A stretch of 64,000 nt of DNA, taken from Eledone cirrhosa (taxonomy: Eukaryota). The notes under the pieces are model-generated. The model saw only the letters and a list, made by a program, of their open reading frames with translations. It did not search any database and was not told the origin of the DNA. Every line of letters starts with the position of its first letter. Positions within the stretch are counted from its first letter, which is position 1. The translations under genes and the position numbers were made by a program. The stretch covers positions 248,992,001 through 249,056,000 of the forward strand of contig OZ024740.1 of assembly GCA_964016885.1 (NCBI GenBank), in the 5' to 3' direction. Below, one piece after another: positions 1 to 13,491 of the stretch.

Positions 1-1891
1 AGTAATAGCGCAACTAATCAGAGAGAGAATTGATCTAGATGAAATGCAGTTCGGGTTTGTATCAGGCAAAAGTACCACAGACGCTCTTTTCATTGTACGA
101 CAACTACAGGAGAAGTACCTAGCTAAAAGTAAACCCCTATACTTAGCTTTCGTCGACTTGGAGAAAGCCTTCGACAGAGTCCCCCGTTCCATTATCTGGT
201 GGTCTCTTAGAAAACTAGGTGTTGACGAATGGCTTGTGAGAGCTATACAAGCCATGTATAAAGAAACAGTCAGTAAGGTTAGAATTAACAATGAATATAG
301 TGAAGAGTTTAGCGTAAAAGTTGGTGTCCATCAGGGCTCTGTTCTTAGCCCCCTACTATTTATTATTGCCCTTCAGGCTATAACAGAGGAGTTCAAGACC
401 GGCTGCCCATGGGAACTCCTATACGCAGATGATCTAACGCTCATAGCTGAATCAATGACCGAACTAGAGAAGAAATTCCAAACGTGGAAGCACGGCCTAG
501 AATCAAAAGGACTTAAAATTAACCTGGCTAAGACTAAAGTTCTAGTTTGTAGGAAAGAAAATAAGGCGGCGGTCCCATCGGGGAAATGGCCATGCTCAGT
601 GTGTAGGAAAGGCGTAGGTAGAAACTCCATTTTATGTCCCAAATGCAAAGTATGGGTGCATAAAAGATGTAGTGGGATCACAGGTAAGCTAACTAAGAAC
701 ATAGATTTTACATGTGGCCGGTGCTCTGGTGCAATAAGTAGCAGCAAGTGCCCACAAAATACTAGCTCCTTCAACTGCGCAGAGGGTTCTATAGAAATAG
801 TGGACAGCTTCCGTTATCTGGGTGACAAAATCAGCAGTGGGGGAGGGTGCTCTGAAAGTACAGTAGCTAGAGTCAGAACTGGATGGAAAAAGTTCAGAGA
901 GCTTATACCACTATTAGCCGCTAGAGGGTTCTCCCTAAAAATGAAAGGCAGGTTATACGATGCCTGCATACGAACAGAAATGCTGCATGGCAGTGAGACC
1001 TGGGCATTGTGTGCAGAGGATATACGCAGACTAGAGAGGAACGAAGCTTGCATGCTCCGCTGGATGTGCAATAGTAATATACGTGAACGGCAAAGCATAA
1101 ACGAACTAAGGAAAAAATTAGAAATAAGAGGGATCAGATGTTGTTTACTCGAGAGAAGGCTACGTTGGTACGGTCACGTGATGTGCATGAAAGACGACAG
1201 CTGTATAACAAAGTGCAGGGCAATAAAGATAGACGGTAGCCACAGAGTAGGCAGACCCAGAAAAACATGGGACGAGCTGATAAATTCCGACCTCACACGC
1301 TTACACCTCTCCAAGACAATGTCACTGGACCGAGACCTTTGGCGGTACTCAGTAATAGAGAAGACCCGCCTTACCTAAATACAAAGTAAAAACCTACTAC
1401 AGTCAGTAGGCATCTCTATCAAAACACACCCCCGTCCCACCACCTCCACCCCACCCACCCACACCTCCCCTTTCAATGTAAAGTTATGTTGGTCCCACAA
1501 CATCCAGGCCGAAACAAATGAGATCGTGTAGGTGTCATGACAAAAAACACACAGTCCACGCTGTAAATGTGGCCGTGTAGGCAACACGGTAAAAACCTCC
1601 CAGCCCCACACTGTAAATGTGGTTGGTGTTAGGAAGGGCATCCAGCTGTAGAAAACCCGCCAGACAGTCCACGCTGTAATGTGGCCGTGTAGGCAACACT
1701 GTAAAAACCTCCCAGCCCCACACTGTAAATGTGGTTGGTGTTAGGAAGGGCATCCAACTGTAGAAAACCCGCCAGACAGTCCTATGCGAGCAAGACAACC
1801 ACTCTTGCCTCAAGTGGGAAAACCCCCGTCCAAACCCATGCAAGCGTGGAACACGGACGCTAAACCTGATGATGATGATGATGATGATGAT
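1..1891 (+). mobile_element. RTE-clade LINE (family A), 3' half: RT + PHD finger + 3' UTR ending in (GAT)n
   Basis: ORF 44-1378 has QFGF, FVDLEKAFD, GVHQGSVLSP, LLYADD, YLG and WYGHV motifs. The 3' UTR has a duplicated ~115-bp unit and a (gat)n tail. Confidence 0.93.
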
Positions 1892-1904
1892 GTGTGTATA
1901 TGTA

Positions 1905-1937
<33 letters not shown>

Positions 1938-1956
1938 GTATATATATATATGTTAT

Positions 1957-2562
1957 GCCAGGTCACCAGTTGGTGCTACTGGTAACATGTATCCCAGTAC
2001 AACCTGTCTCATGGTCGGGTCGTTGGCGACTAAACTGGCAACCCCACCAAGATTTCTTGGTGAGGAGGGTGACTTTGGACATCCTGCAGGACTAAAAACA
2101 AAACCTGTCAAAGGGCAAAGGAGCTCTTAAGAGTCAATGGCCATCCAAAATCACCGGAAGAGATGACTCCTTAGCCTTTGTCAAGGCAGAATTCTAGGAG
2201 AAGGAAAACTCTGATGTAACACCTGCAACCCTGATGGTATCCAATGATGTTGACTTGTTCTTCTTTTTGGTAAATATCATCTTGGTTAAGAGAGTGGGAC
2301 TGGCTTTGTGCAGTGCCTTTGCTCACTATAAAAGCTTCACGGCACAGGCATTGCTTTATATCTGGAGATCTCTCTGCACTTGTCATCACATGTACCATGG
2401 GCCCAGCACTATGTGTCAATAATTGTCACAAGTGTAGCGTTTGTACCAGAGTTTTCAAGTCGCTGGCTGGACTAAAAATTCACACTCGTTCAGCGCATCG
2501 GTGGGGGTTCTCCTACATGTAAAGTAGTGGCCGTACTCGAAAACGAGTTGGCAGCCACACCA
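1957..2562 (+). mobile_element. Degenerate, internally deleted RTE/BovB-like element (5' UTR-like part + C-terminal C2H2 finger)
   Basis: ORF 2313-2522 ends in CSVCTRVFKSLAGLKIHTRSAH, a C2H2 finger typical of the BovB-like RTE C-terminus. Flanked by TA repeats. Confidence 0.5.
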
Positions 2563-2650
2563 TATATATATATATATATATGTAAACTTTTTATATATAT
2601 ATATATATATATGTAAACTTTTTTATATATATATATATATATATACATAT

Positions 2651-2681
<31 letters not shown>

Positions 2682-2893
2682 TATATATATATACATATAC
2701 ATATTATATATATATATATATATACATATTATATATATATATATATATACATATTATATATATATATATATATACATATTATATATATATATATATATAC
2801 ATATTATATATATACATATTATATATATATATATATATATACATATTATATATATACATATTATATATATATATATATATATACATATTATAT
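2562..2893. repeat. Compound (TA)n microsatellite with tacatat interruptions
   Basis: Direct reading of the sequence. Confidence 0.95.
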
Positions 2894-2899
2894 CATTTC

Positions 2900-3402
<503 letters not shown>

Positions 3403-3665
3403 TATACCATAAACGTGGTTCTGTCTTTGTGTGTAATTGTTTTTCACCGCTCCAAATAATGACGTATTATATTCGTTTTTTCCCGTTCTTTGCCAGGGAA
3501 CGTTTCCACGAACCAAAGTATCGTCTTCCTGTCTTCCTCTGGTTGCAACGTTTTTTGAAATATTCACTTCTGCGTTTACAGATTGACTTTGTTAGTTTCA
3601 GAAGATCCCGTTAAGGGTGAAAGCAGCGATTTTTTGCTTAAACTTTAATCTGTTATTTTAATAAA
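3403..3665 (+). mobile_element. PLE-type terminal-repeat module carrying a variant hammerhead (same family as 28222-28905)
   Basis: Near-identical to 28640-28900 and embedded between TA tracts. Confidence 0.7.
3594..3644 (+). ncRNA. Type I hammerhead ribozyme motif, variant core CAGAAGA
   Basis: agttt-CAGAAGA-tccc gttaa gggt-GAAA-gca...tgc-UU-aaact. Stem I is extended by cagatt/aatctg. Confidence 0.65.
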
Positions 3666-3674
3666 TATACATAT

Positions 3675-3736
<62 letters not shown>

Positions 3737-3869
3737 TCATATACTTCATACCAGTTTGGGTCAACTGGTGTTTATACATTACCATAACTCTTAAAGTGAA
3801 TTATCTACATGCTACAATTACGATACCCATATCCTATCTGTTACCATTATTCCTATTATTATTACAGCT

Positions 3870-4552
3870 AGTAGTCCCTCGACTAATCGGGCAATGTGAT
3901 CGGTGGAAACTCCACCTTGGCGTTCTATAGAGGATTAGTGGAGTTTATGTGGGTTTATGTCGAACACCTGCTGTCGCGTGTAGGACGGATCCGGCTATCA
4001 GCTGAGTCCATCGTGAGGATTGCCCCGCCCTCTTCCTTTAGCCAGGAAGGGCAGGCAATTTTTATCTGTCTGGTGGCCATGGCGAAAGAGATAGTGTGGT
4101 GGACGCGTTTGAAAGGGCTGAAGACGAGCACTTAACTCTTCGGTGTTGCCCTGATTAACTTTTTCAAATTTTATTTAAAAAGGAAAATCAGGGTAGAGAG
4201 GGAAGTGCTCTCTTCCCAGCATTTTGTTGAAAGATGGGTGAGAGAGGCAAGAATGGCCCGAGTGAATGGGCCTACTCTGAGTATGTGCCTGTAAATTGAA
4301 GGTGGAAAACTGGGAGAGGGCACTTGCTCTGGTGGTTAGGGTCAGCGTGGCTTTTTTTAATGGGTTTTCTCCACGATGGCCCTCGGAAGTCTCCCCCCTA
4401 TTGGGGAATCTTTCATTGTCCTTTTTTTTTTGTTACATCCTCTGTTTTTTGTTTTTTACACACAGAAATGCCCATTTGTACCGTCCTGTATTGTTCTGTA
4501 CTGTCCTTAATGTCTTCTTTGTGTAAACCCTTGTGGTTAATAAAGAAAGCAT
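3870..4552 (+). mobile_element. Tx1/L1-like LINE 3' fragment
   Basis: ORF 3896-4135 is homologous to the C-terminal region at 59427-60100, which carries a CxxC-x8-H-x4-C knuckle. Ends at aataaagaaag. Confidence 0.65.
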
Positions 4553-4726
4553 TATTACAGGTAGTAGTATTACAACCGATATACTTCTAATTATTATTAT
4601 TTTTATTATCTATCTTTCTTTACGGACCCTTTATATGCTTTCTAAGCCTTCTACCCTTATCTCATGCATCACCCTCTCTTCTATTTTCGCAATCAATGGG
4701 ACACAAACTACACGCCTCTGCCTCTT

Positions 4727-4930
4727 TATCATCATCATCGTTTTACGTCCATTCTTCCATGCTAGCATGGGTTAGACAGGTCCTGTTGTGGGCAGTAGCT
4801 GGTCGGCTGACCATCTCTTGCTCATACGGGAACTGATTCTGACTTGATTTCTACAGCTGGATGCCCTTCCTAATACCAACCTCATTTGCAGTGAGTGCTG
4901 GGTGCTTTTTTCCGTGGCGCCTACACGTCT
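4727..4930 (-). mobile_element. RTE family B 3' tail fragment
   Basis: Matches the 3' UTR at 23700-23900 and has a (cat)n end. Confidence 0.8.
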
Positions 4931-4936
4931 TTATAT

Positions 4937-4967
<31 letters not shown>

Positions 4968-4971
<4 letters not shown>

Positions 4972-5332
4972 GTTTCTACGTTTGGCATAAGGCCAGCAAA
5001 TACCCAGTACATTACTGGTACTTTATTTTATTGCCCCCATAAGGATGAAAGCCAAAGTTAACCTCGACAGAATTTGAATTCAGACCGTAAAGCGACGTAA
5101 CTATGCTGGAAAGCATGGTGTCCGACCCTCTACCGATACTGCCAATTCACCGCCCTTATATATATATAATTGTTTCTACTTTTGGCACAAGGCCAGCAAT
5201 TACCCCGTGCATTACTGGTACTTTATTTTATCGACCCCGTAAGGATGAAAGGCAAAGTTAACCTCGGCGGGATTTGAACTGAGAATGGCAAGGGCCGTAA
5301 CTCTATGTGTCAAAGCATGGTGTCCGACCCTG
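4968..5332 (-). mobile_element. Two tandem copies of a tRNA-derived SINE (Meta/Sauria-like central domain)
   Basis: Minus strand reads ggcggtgaattggcagtatcggtag...ttcaaat...gaggttaactttgcctttcatcctt.cggggtcgataaaataaagtaccag. Further copies lie at 7755-8575 (split by a Helitron), 44680-44850, 50036-50180 and 52947-53126. Confidence 0.75.
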
Positions 5333-5999
5333 TAATAAAATCATAGTTTAGTGTTTCTGAAGAAGACAGTCGCTCGAACAGGAACTTTGCGACTAGAAAT
5401 AGGTAGTAGCCTAACCACTACCATGCTAGTCGATACATCGATATTCAACGATCAATCAACCTTCTGAAATGATTGTAAAACAATTAACTAATTAGCTACC
5501 TCCCCCTCACTTCTTCCTTTTTTTTTCATTGTTCTATGCACAAACACACATATATGTAAATTACTCTGTAACCTGAGCGGATCTTCTTCAAGGAAACCTT
5601 AAACGGTGGTCACCTACTGCAAAAACTACTGGTCATGCTGCCTAATCTTGCTGCAACCATCTTTCCAAGGATATTGAGTTCTAACAACATTATCAGCCAC
5701 ACCACGCAATGTATATATATATAATATATATATATGTATATATATCATAGATTGAGTTAGAAACTCAAAATAGTCTTTTACAATTAAATAGCTCAAGGAA
5801 GGGAATCCTTCCGAGCCGTGTAATACAGTTGAATATATGAGAAGGATAAACACCGATACAAGTATACATGTGTTCGAATTGTAAATGACCAAGTTAGCTA
5901 GGTTGAAAAAATACTACTTTAAAACAATATGGTTTGCCTGTCTTGATTTAAAGTAATAAATCAATAAAAATAACAAACCTATATTGGGCAACTACCTTC

Positions 6000-6079
6000 G
6001 ATACCCGGACAGATCTAAAATCTGTTTCGCAAGAATTATTAAGTGAAAGCCACCATTTCTATGCTCTTCTGCGGGTATC
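6000..6079 (-). ncRNA. Type I hammerhead motif, variant core CAGAAGA, full stem III, GUC site
   Basis: Reverse strand: gatacccg-CAGAAGA-gca...tgc-GAAA-cagat tttag atctg-UC-cgggtatc, with a perfect 8-bp stem I. Confidence 0.72.
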
Positions 6080-6250
6080 CAGGAAATTCATACCTTTCAT
6101 TTCAAAAGATCTAAGATCTCGGTCTTCTGAGATCTTTTGAAGTGAAAGGTACGAAGGAAAAAAAGTGAAGGAAAAGCAAAGGAAGAAAGAGTGCTCTGTG
6201 TATAGAACAGAGCTATTTAATTAGAAAGTGTACAAAACAAAATATAACTA

Positions 6251-6318
6251 CTGCATTACCAAAGGTTTCTGGATCCAAGACAATATTAATATACGTCTGG
6301 ATCGGTCATCAGAGAGAG
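6251..6318 (-). ncRNA. Type I hammerhead motif (canonical core, weak stem I)
   Basis: Reverse strand: CUGAUGA-cc gatcca...tggatc ca-GAAA-cc ttt gg-UA-atgcag. Confidence 0.55.
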
Positions 6319-6529
6319 ATGTTATGGATAAAAAATATGAAAAGAGATTTAAAATCTGTTAAAAATTGAAAGTGAGGCTGAAAAAATAATGGGAAATATA
6401 TATAAGAAAAGAAGGGTAAGAAAAATAATATATAAAAGTATATAGCAATATAGAAAGACATACGTGTGCATACATATACACACACATTCAGATAAAAGTA
6501 AAATATATATATAAGAATATATATATACA

Positions 6530-6565
<36 letters not shown>

Positions 6566-7785
6566 AACATACATGTACATGGACATACACATATACACAC
6601 ACATATATACACACATACACACACAGATGTATATTAATATTTCTGGGATCCAGAAACCTTTGGTAATGGAGTAGTTATATTTTGTGTTGTTCACTTTCTA
6701 ATTAAATATCTATCTATAGATATATATATTATACATATATATATATATTCTAATTTGTTATCTATTTGTGTATTAATGATTAGAGCAATTTGTTTTTTGA
6801 CAGAAGAAGCTATCATTGTCATGTGCTTCTTGATCCGTATGTGCAACACCTGGACAGTACCTCCTATGTATGAGGAGCTACATTGTTTACATGTGATCTT
6901 GTAAACCACATACACTCTCATGCACACTTCTACATTGTTGATGGGACAGTTAGGAAGTGTGCACATATTGTATGCAGGTCGGTGTCTGTAGAGTCATCTG
7001 CTTTAGTGAAGGTCCGGAGTGTATTAGCTGTATATTGAGGCCCTCCCTACGAATGGCAGTGGTTGTCTTTCAATTGAAATGTGGTAGGGTCACATGTAAA
7101 CAATGTAGCTCCTCATACAACCTTCGAATATGATTTTATATAAGAACATTTTATTGATACAAATACTATTTTAATGAAATTATAATTTTAGTAAATTCTT
7201 CCCAAATTCTTCATTGATTAATTGAAATCTGAAATATTTCATTAGAAGCACAGTAATTAAAAGGGTTAAAAGTTAGTAAACAAAGTGGCTGAGATGAGTT
7301 ATTAATAAGATTATAAGTTTTTAAACTATTTCCCTAATTTTTTAGAGGTAAAACATTTTTTTATATTTACATCTACACTATCTTTCAATCAATTTGATCT
7401 TGGATCATTGTCAGGTATCCTATTCTTACATACATACATAGTTCAATACTAAACAAGGCTCCTTATCCTTAAACATAATTTAGAAATAAATATTCCTAGT
7501 TTGAATCTAGTTTGGTACTCATCATCATCATCATACGTCCACTTTTCCTTGCTTTTTTAAAAATATTTTAGTTTGAATCCAGTCCGGCAGGTACTTTGTT
7601 AAAAAACTACAGCAGTCACTGTCAATCAAGGAAGACTTGGAGATATATACCATGCTTTAACTCATGGTTTTTGGTGTCCATGTAGTCACTGGCAGATACA
7701 GACTTCTCAACCATCTTACCATTGATTAAATGAAACAGCCAGCATGTGATAGGGCTACATCAGCACTGAACTGGTACTTTCTTTA

Positions 7786-8448
7786 TCTATATATCTAAAA
7801 CAGAGAATGTCTGTCTGTCTGACTCCCTAAAACTCGAGAACCACCCAACTGATTGTTTTCAAACTTTACACATGTAATAGTTTTGGTCATGTGACTGTTT
7901 TGAGCAAAAAACATTTCAAATTTTCAATGCCCTAGGGACCGTATTAGGCAATTTAGCGATCTCTCTATAATTCTTAGTCTTTCTTTTTAGATAGACATAG
8001 CTACAACGTCGCATCCTTATAATATCTGTCTGTATGTCTGGCTATCTGCATTATGACATTATGACGCTACCTGTGTGTGTGTGTATATATATGTATATAT
8101 AGTGTGTAACGTTTTTCGAAATATTTACTTCTGCGTTCACAGATTGATCTTTTTAGTTTCAGAAGATTCTGTTAAGGGTGAAAGCAGCGATTCTTTGCTT
8201 AAACTTTAATTTGTTATTTTAATATATATATATATATATATATAACGAAGGAAATGTGGTAAGGAACCAGGTGGACCATAACGCACCAAAGTACTCAATA
8301 CTTAGGGTAGTAGTATATTTGTGTACAGATATTTTTGCATACACAATAACAAAATATTAACAAACGTATTTATTTCACGAGGCTCGATAAGGATAAATAT
8401 ATAAGAACCCTAGAGCAAATCCCGAGCAATGCCGGGCCATTCTGCTAG
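7786..8448 (+). mobile_element. Non-autonomous Helitron carrying a hammerhead module, inserted into a SINE
   Basis: 5' TC(tatatatc...gtctgtctgtc) and 3' hairpin cccg-agcaatgc-cggg + CTAG. Inserted between A and T with no TSD, and the flanks rejoin to the SINE sequence ctggtactttcttta|tcaacactgaaaggatgaaag. Confidence 0.85.
8155..8205 (+). ncRNA. Hammerhead motif, CAGAAGA family, inside Helitron
   Basis: agttt-CAGAAGA-ttct gttaa gggt-GAAA-gcagcgattctttgc-UU-aaact. Confidence 0.6.
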
Positions 8449-8791
8449 TCAACACTGAAAGGATGAAAGATGAAGTAGACCCTAGCAGGATTTGAACGCA
8501 AAGTGCAGAGAGCCAGAAAAAATATATCACAATGCATTCTTTCTGTTTCTTTTACAATCCTGCCAAATGAACTGCCTTTGGTATTTTGTACACCTCCAAG
8601 AAAACACCAGAAGATTATAAGAGATCTAACCAATTAAAATGTAGTGTAGATGTATTAAGAAACGTTTCTTCTTTAAATATGAGGCTAAATTTGAAAAATT
8701 ATAATCTTATAGGTAAATTAGTTTTGAATCCCTGCTTATGTTTTGTAATCTAGATATTAGCAATGTTGATTTGTTCTGCAATGTCTTGTAG

Positions 8792-8919
8792 GTGCTGGTG
8801 ATGATGCTTCTAGTTGTGCTGTGATGCTTGAGGTGTTACGTTCAATGTCCCAGAGGGCCGCACCTTTGAGGCATAGTGTCATTTTTCTTTTCAACAGTGC
8901 CGAAGAGAATATGTTGCAG
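8792..8919 (+). CDS. ERMP1: ERMP1-like M28 metallopeptidase, internal exon A (128 bp)
   Basis: tgtag|GT acceptor, CAG|gtaagt donor. Translates (G)[42 protein letters not shown], containing the M28 GAxDD and FNxAEE zinc/catalytic motifs. Confidence 0.95.
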
Positions 8920-9369
8920 GTAAGTTTCTATCTGTCTTTAATTACTATCATTTTTTTAGTGGGGACATTGTGCATGCGTTTAGGCTGTGTGAATGTGAAA
9001 ACAGCCTCTTGAATATCAGGAACTTTTAAGCATCAGTGTCATGAATTCAGCAGATGCAAAATAAAGCTCCACCAAAATTGGAGGTTGATATTTTGCAGGC
9101 TTTCCCAAGCTGATATCTACTCCCAGATGTCCAGATCTCTATGCCCAGATGATCTGATAACCATTCTAAGATGATTTGATGCATATTCCCAGATGTTCAA
9201 CTCTCTATTCCCAGATGATCTGAAATATATTCCTAACAGCCAGATGAACTGAGGTAATGTTGAATAAAATATTCTGTTCAGAATCACAGCAAAAAAAAAG
9301 TGGACTTCAACTTATGACATTTTGAACATGTATTTAATATTGTACCAACTTAGCCATCCTGTCTTTCTC

Positions 9370-9580
9370 ATGCAGGGTCTTATTGTTTAGTCGCAAGATG
9401 GTTTTGATCCAGCAAACTTATGATCAAACAGTTTCTAGCTGTGACCATTATGTCTTTCAGACTTAGTACATCTAATACTAATTTGCCCTTCCTTTTTTTA
9501 AGATTGTAGAGTGTAATTTGAAAGAAATTTAGATATTTTAGTGACTCAAGTGAATATATAGAAGATCCCTTCTTGGCATG
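9370..9580 (+). repeat. Old interspersed repeat, second copy at ~61780-61970
   Basis: Shared tgatc..a.aaac.tatgatcaaa...ttc.agct.tgaccat core. Confidence 0.5.
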
Positions 9581-9939
9581 ATCTTTATTATGATTGTTGA
9601 TAGTGATTATCAGTGATAAATTCTTAGTTGAGCTAAACTTATCATCCAGTTTCTAAAATTTGCACCTAGAATGTAAAAGAATGCAATCAAATAAATACCA
9701 CAAGGTATCTTTTCAATGCTTGCTTAGTTTCTGTCAGTTTTAGGCAGTAGAGATATTTTGTGTTGTAAAGATACTTTTGTGTGTATATCGGTCTGTATAA
9801 ATAGAAGAAGACTTGATTATGTTGTTCAGAAAATCACTTCGTATCCATGTAGTTTCTAGTTTGATTCCAGTGCATGGCAGCTTGGGCAGGTGTCTACTAT
9901 AGTCTTAGGCTGATCAATGTCTTGCAAGTGAAATTGCTA

Positions 9940-10690
9940 GATGGAAATTGTAGGAAAGCTTGTCCCCTTCAACAGCAATGCAACACACCCGCTGTAGTTT
10001 ATGAAGCTGTGGTCATTTCCAACCGACCATATCAACCACAGGAGGTCAAGTCTTATGTGGGTATGGCGGAGGGCCAATTTAAGGAACGCTTCCTTAACCA
10101 CCGGTCGACCTTTAGGTACCCGGACAGACGTTCATCCACAAAACTCACGAGCCATGTATGGTGCCTCAAGGACTCAAGTATAGACTACTCCATTCAATGG
10201 AAATCCATCACTAAGTCCAAGCCATACGCAAGGGGCAATCCGTCGTGTGGACTATGTATTGATGAACGAATAAATATTCTAAAGAGATTACGCAATAGTG
10301 ATTGCCTAAACATGAGAAATGAATTCTTCACACGTTGTCCACACGTCTGGAAACACCTCTTACATAACTACAAAGCTCCGGATTGAATTACAAAAACATC
10401 CTAATTTTCTTATCAACTAGAAACTTTCCGACTTTCGCAGTTATCTCCCTTACACCTCTCGCACGCAATTTAGTATTGCCTGTGAGAAGTGATCGTTTCT
10501 GCGCATGTACGTTTGTACGGTTGTCCTTGTTCCATATAACCATGTCCATTACGAGCTGAGGATCCGCTAAGGTGAAACAATTGTTCTCGCGATGGTGAAC
10601 TAACTGCTGTGTAACCACTTCTACCTAACTCGTCCCATGGACTGAGTGTTCTACCACTATGGATATTACCTTCCAGTGTTCTACCACTAT
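9940..10690 (+). mobile_element. 5'-truncated Penelope-like element (GIY-YIG C-terminus + pLTR)
   Basis: ORF 9874-10386 reads CRKACPLQQQC...VVYEA...SYVGMAEGQFKERFLNH...CGLCIDE...LNMRNE...CPH. HHR at 10546-10595. Confidence 0.85.
10546..10595 (+). ncRNA. Minimal type I hammerhead motif, palindromic stem III
   Basis: ccattacgag-CUGAGGA-tcc gctaa ggt-GAAA-caattg-UU-ctcgcgatgg. Confidence 0.72.
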
Positions 10691-10694
10691 ATAC

Positions 10695-10743
<49 letters not shown>

Positions 10744-10821
10744 TTAAATATATATATATATATACATATTTAAATATATATATACATATATATATATATG
10801 TATATATCTATATATATATAT

Positions 10822-13449
10822 ATCATCATCATCATCATCATATGTCTGCTTTTCCCTGTTTCAAGGGTGGGACGGGTCTTATTCAGCACAGCATCTCTCC
10901 ACTTGTCACAGTCCTTCGTCATCTCCACCGTGAACTTCAGCCATCTGAGGTCTGTTCTCACCACCTCCGCCCATGTTTTTCATGGTCTACCTCTACCTTC
11001 AACTAGCATTTCCTGGCACTTCTTCACCCATCGGTCATCCTCCATGCGCATCACATGTCCATACCACCTCAGTCTCCTCTCTCGCACACTACATTCTATC
11101 CCTCTCAGACACAGTTTCTCTCTCAACACATTCATGCTGGGTCGTTCACGCACATTGGCATTGCACATCCAATGGAGCATGCTTGCCTCATTTCTCTCCA
11201 GCCGTCGCATATCCTCTGCAGTTGCTGAAGAGGCAGCTCCCTAAACTTCTTCCAACCCGTCCTTATTCTAGATACTATGGCCTCGGAATACCCCTTCCCA
11301 TGCTAATCTGATCTCCTAGGTACCGGAAGCTATCCACCACTTCTAAAGCACCTGCCTGCATTTGAGAAATGTGTCTATCAATGCGACTTCTACTGTCTAA
11401 TTTCCCTGTACATCTACTGCATACGTATTTCTCCCTACCTGTTAGTTTGCCTGCTATCCCACTACATGTCTTGTGTACCCAGGATCTCCATTGTGTGCAT
11501 TTTATAGAATTTATGCCAGTTCCTTTTCTGCATATCGAACATGGCCATCTCCCTGACGGAATCAGAGTTTTGTCTTAGTTAGGTTCACTCTCAGTCCTCC
11601 TGCTTCCAACTGCTGTTTCCATAGCCAGAATTTATTCTCTAGCTCCTCTACTGATTCTGCTATAAGAACCTGATAGTCAGCATAGAGAAGTTCCCATGGA
11701 CAGCCAGTCTTAAACTCCTCTCTTATGAGGACCGAACCTTGATGTATTCCTACTTGTATCTGGAATTCCTCACTAAACTCCATTCCTACCCTGACTTTAC
11801 TGACAAAGTTTGCACTGTCCTCACAAGCCATTCCTCAAAACCTAGTTTCCTTAGGGACCACCAGATGACAGATCGGCGTACCCTATCAAAGGCCTTCTCT
11901 AGGTCAACAAAGGGTAAGTATAGTGGCTTATTTTTCTCTAAGAACCTCTCTTGTAATTGTCTCACCAAGAAGAGGGCATCTGTTGTACTCTTCTCAGGCA
12001 CAAAACCAAACTGCATCTCATCTAGTTTGACCCTTTCTCTAATTAGTTGTGCTAATATCCTTTCTGCCACTTTCATAACCTGATCCATCAGTTTTACACC
12101 CCTATAATTGCTCCTCTCCAGAGCATCCCCTTTACCTTTGTAGCAATTTATGAGAATACTGCTGCACCTGTCTTTGAGTATGACACCACCATATATAGCC
12201 TGATTGATGATGCATCGTGCAACCAGTTTAGTGCCTACGTCCCCTGATGCCTTCAGCATCTCGGCAACTATCCCCGACTGTCCAGCAGCCTTACCATTTT
12301 TCATTTCCTTAATCGCCTCTTGGATCCTATATTCTTCAATCTCAATAGCTGGTCCCTCTGTCGGATCTACAGAGAGTAATTTCTCTCTCTCCCATTCGTT
12401 CTCCACATTCATCAGTCTCTCATAATGACATTTCCAGGCCTCCTTTTTCTGATCATTCGTGAAACTAAGTACACCGGCATCATTCCGGACACATTTATCT
12501 CCAACAACATCCTGATATGCATTGACACACTGCCTTGCAATGTGGAACACCACACGCCTCTGATCTTCCCGCCGCAGAACATTGGCAAACCTCCTACTCT
12601 CAGCCTCCCTGCGTGCTAAGTACACCTGATGTCTAGCTTCTCTCTTAGCGGCTGTATATTCTTCTCTACTCCCACCCTTTTTCCAAGCCTTCCATGATAG
12701 TCTTTTGTCTCTAATGGCCTTATCTACTGTGCTGTTCCACCACCAGGTCACTCTCTGTCTGGTTGGAGCTCTGCTCCAGCCACAAGTTTCATCAGTAGCC
12801 TGCAGTAAGTTGTCACGTAAGAAATTCCAGTTATTATCTATGTCATACATCTCTAAATCGTCTTCTTTTGCGTCATACACATCTTGAAGGGCTTTCCTAA
12901 ATTTGTATTTTAGTGAAAGGTCTTTTAGGTCTCATTCCATCTCTTGCTTACTGAGATACCACTAACGACTTACCTATGCCGTGGGGTACATTCTTCCCCA
13001 GGGTATGCCTTGGTATTGGACACCATCTGCCTGTCCCGCTGCCTAACTAGTAAGAAGTCAATCTGGCTTATGTGCGCATCTGATTTGTAGGTTATTAGGT
13101 GGTTGGCAGGTTTCTGGAAGTTAGTGTTGCAAATAGTCAGTGTACTTGCATCACAAAATTCAAGAAATCTCACTCCTTCTTCATTTCTTGAGCCGTAACC
13201 GTGCCCACCATGTACCCCAGTGTAACCATCCTGGAGCTGTCCAACATGACCATTGAAGTCCCCTGCTAGCATAACGATGTCTCCGTCCTCTGTCATTGCG
13301 GTTGTTTGTAAAAGTTGCTCGTAAAAGCAGTCTTTCTCTTCTTTGCCTAGGACTGCTTGGGGAGCATAGGCAGAGATGATTGTCAGTAGTCTCCTGCCTA
13401 CAACTAATCTAAGCTTAATTATTCGATTACTAACTCGAACTACCTCTCT
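10822..13449 (-). mobile_element. RTE LINE (family C), 5'-truncated, decayed
   Basis: ORFs 12970-13296 (APE GDFNGHVG), 11786-12880 (RT N-terminal part), 11562-11831 and 10980-11210. (cat)n tail abuts (TA)n. Confidence 0.9.
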
Positions 13450-13491
13450 ATATATATAATATATATATATATTATATATATAATATATATA

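Larger units (their letters stand above)
5750..7120 (-). mobile_element. Penelope-like element relics: GIY-YIG endonuclease fragment and two pLTR-like modules
   Basis: ORF 6691-6966 reads CTLPNCP...VVYKITCKQCSSSYIGGT..LHIRIKKH (GIY-YIG). HHR motifs at 6000-6079 and 6251-6318. Inverted repeat 6212-6300 / 6624-6710. Confidence 0.75.

Noticed and set aside
1957-2050. Possible HDV-like ribozyme at an RTE 5' end (ccagt/actgg P2, acc-tgtctcat-ggt P3/L3, ctaa J4/2)
   Set aside because: No convincing P1 5' strand could be found, so the nested double pseudoknot cannot be completed by eye.
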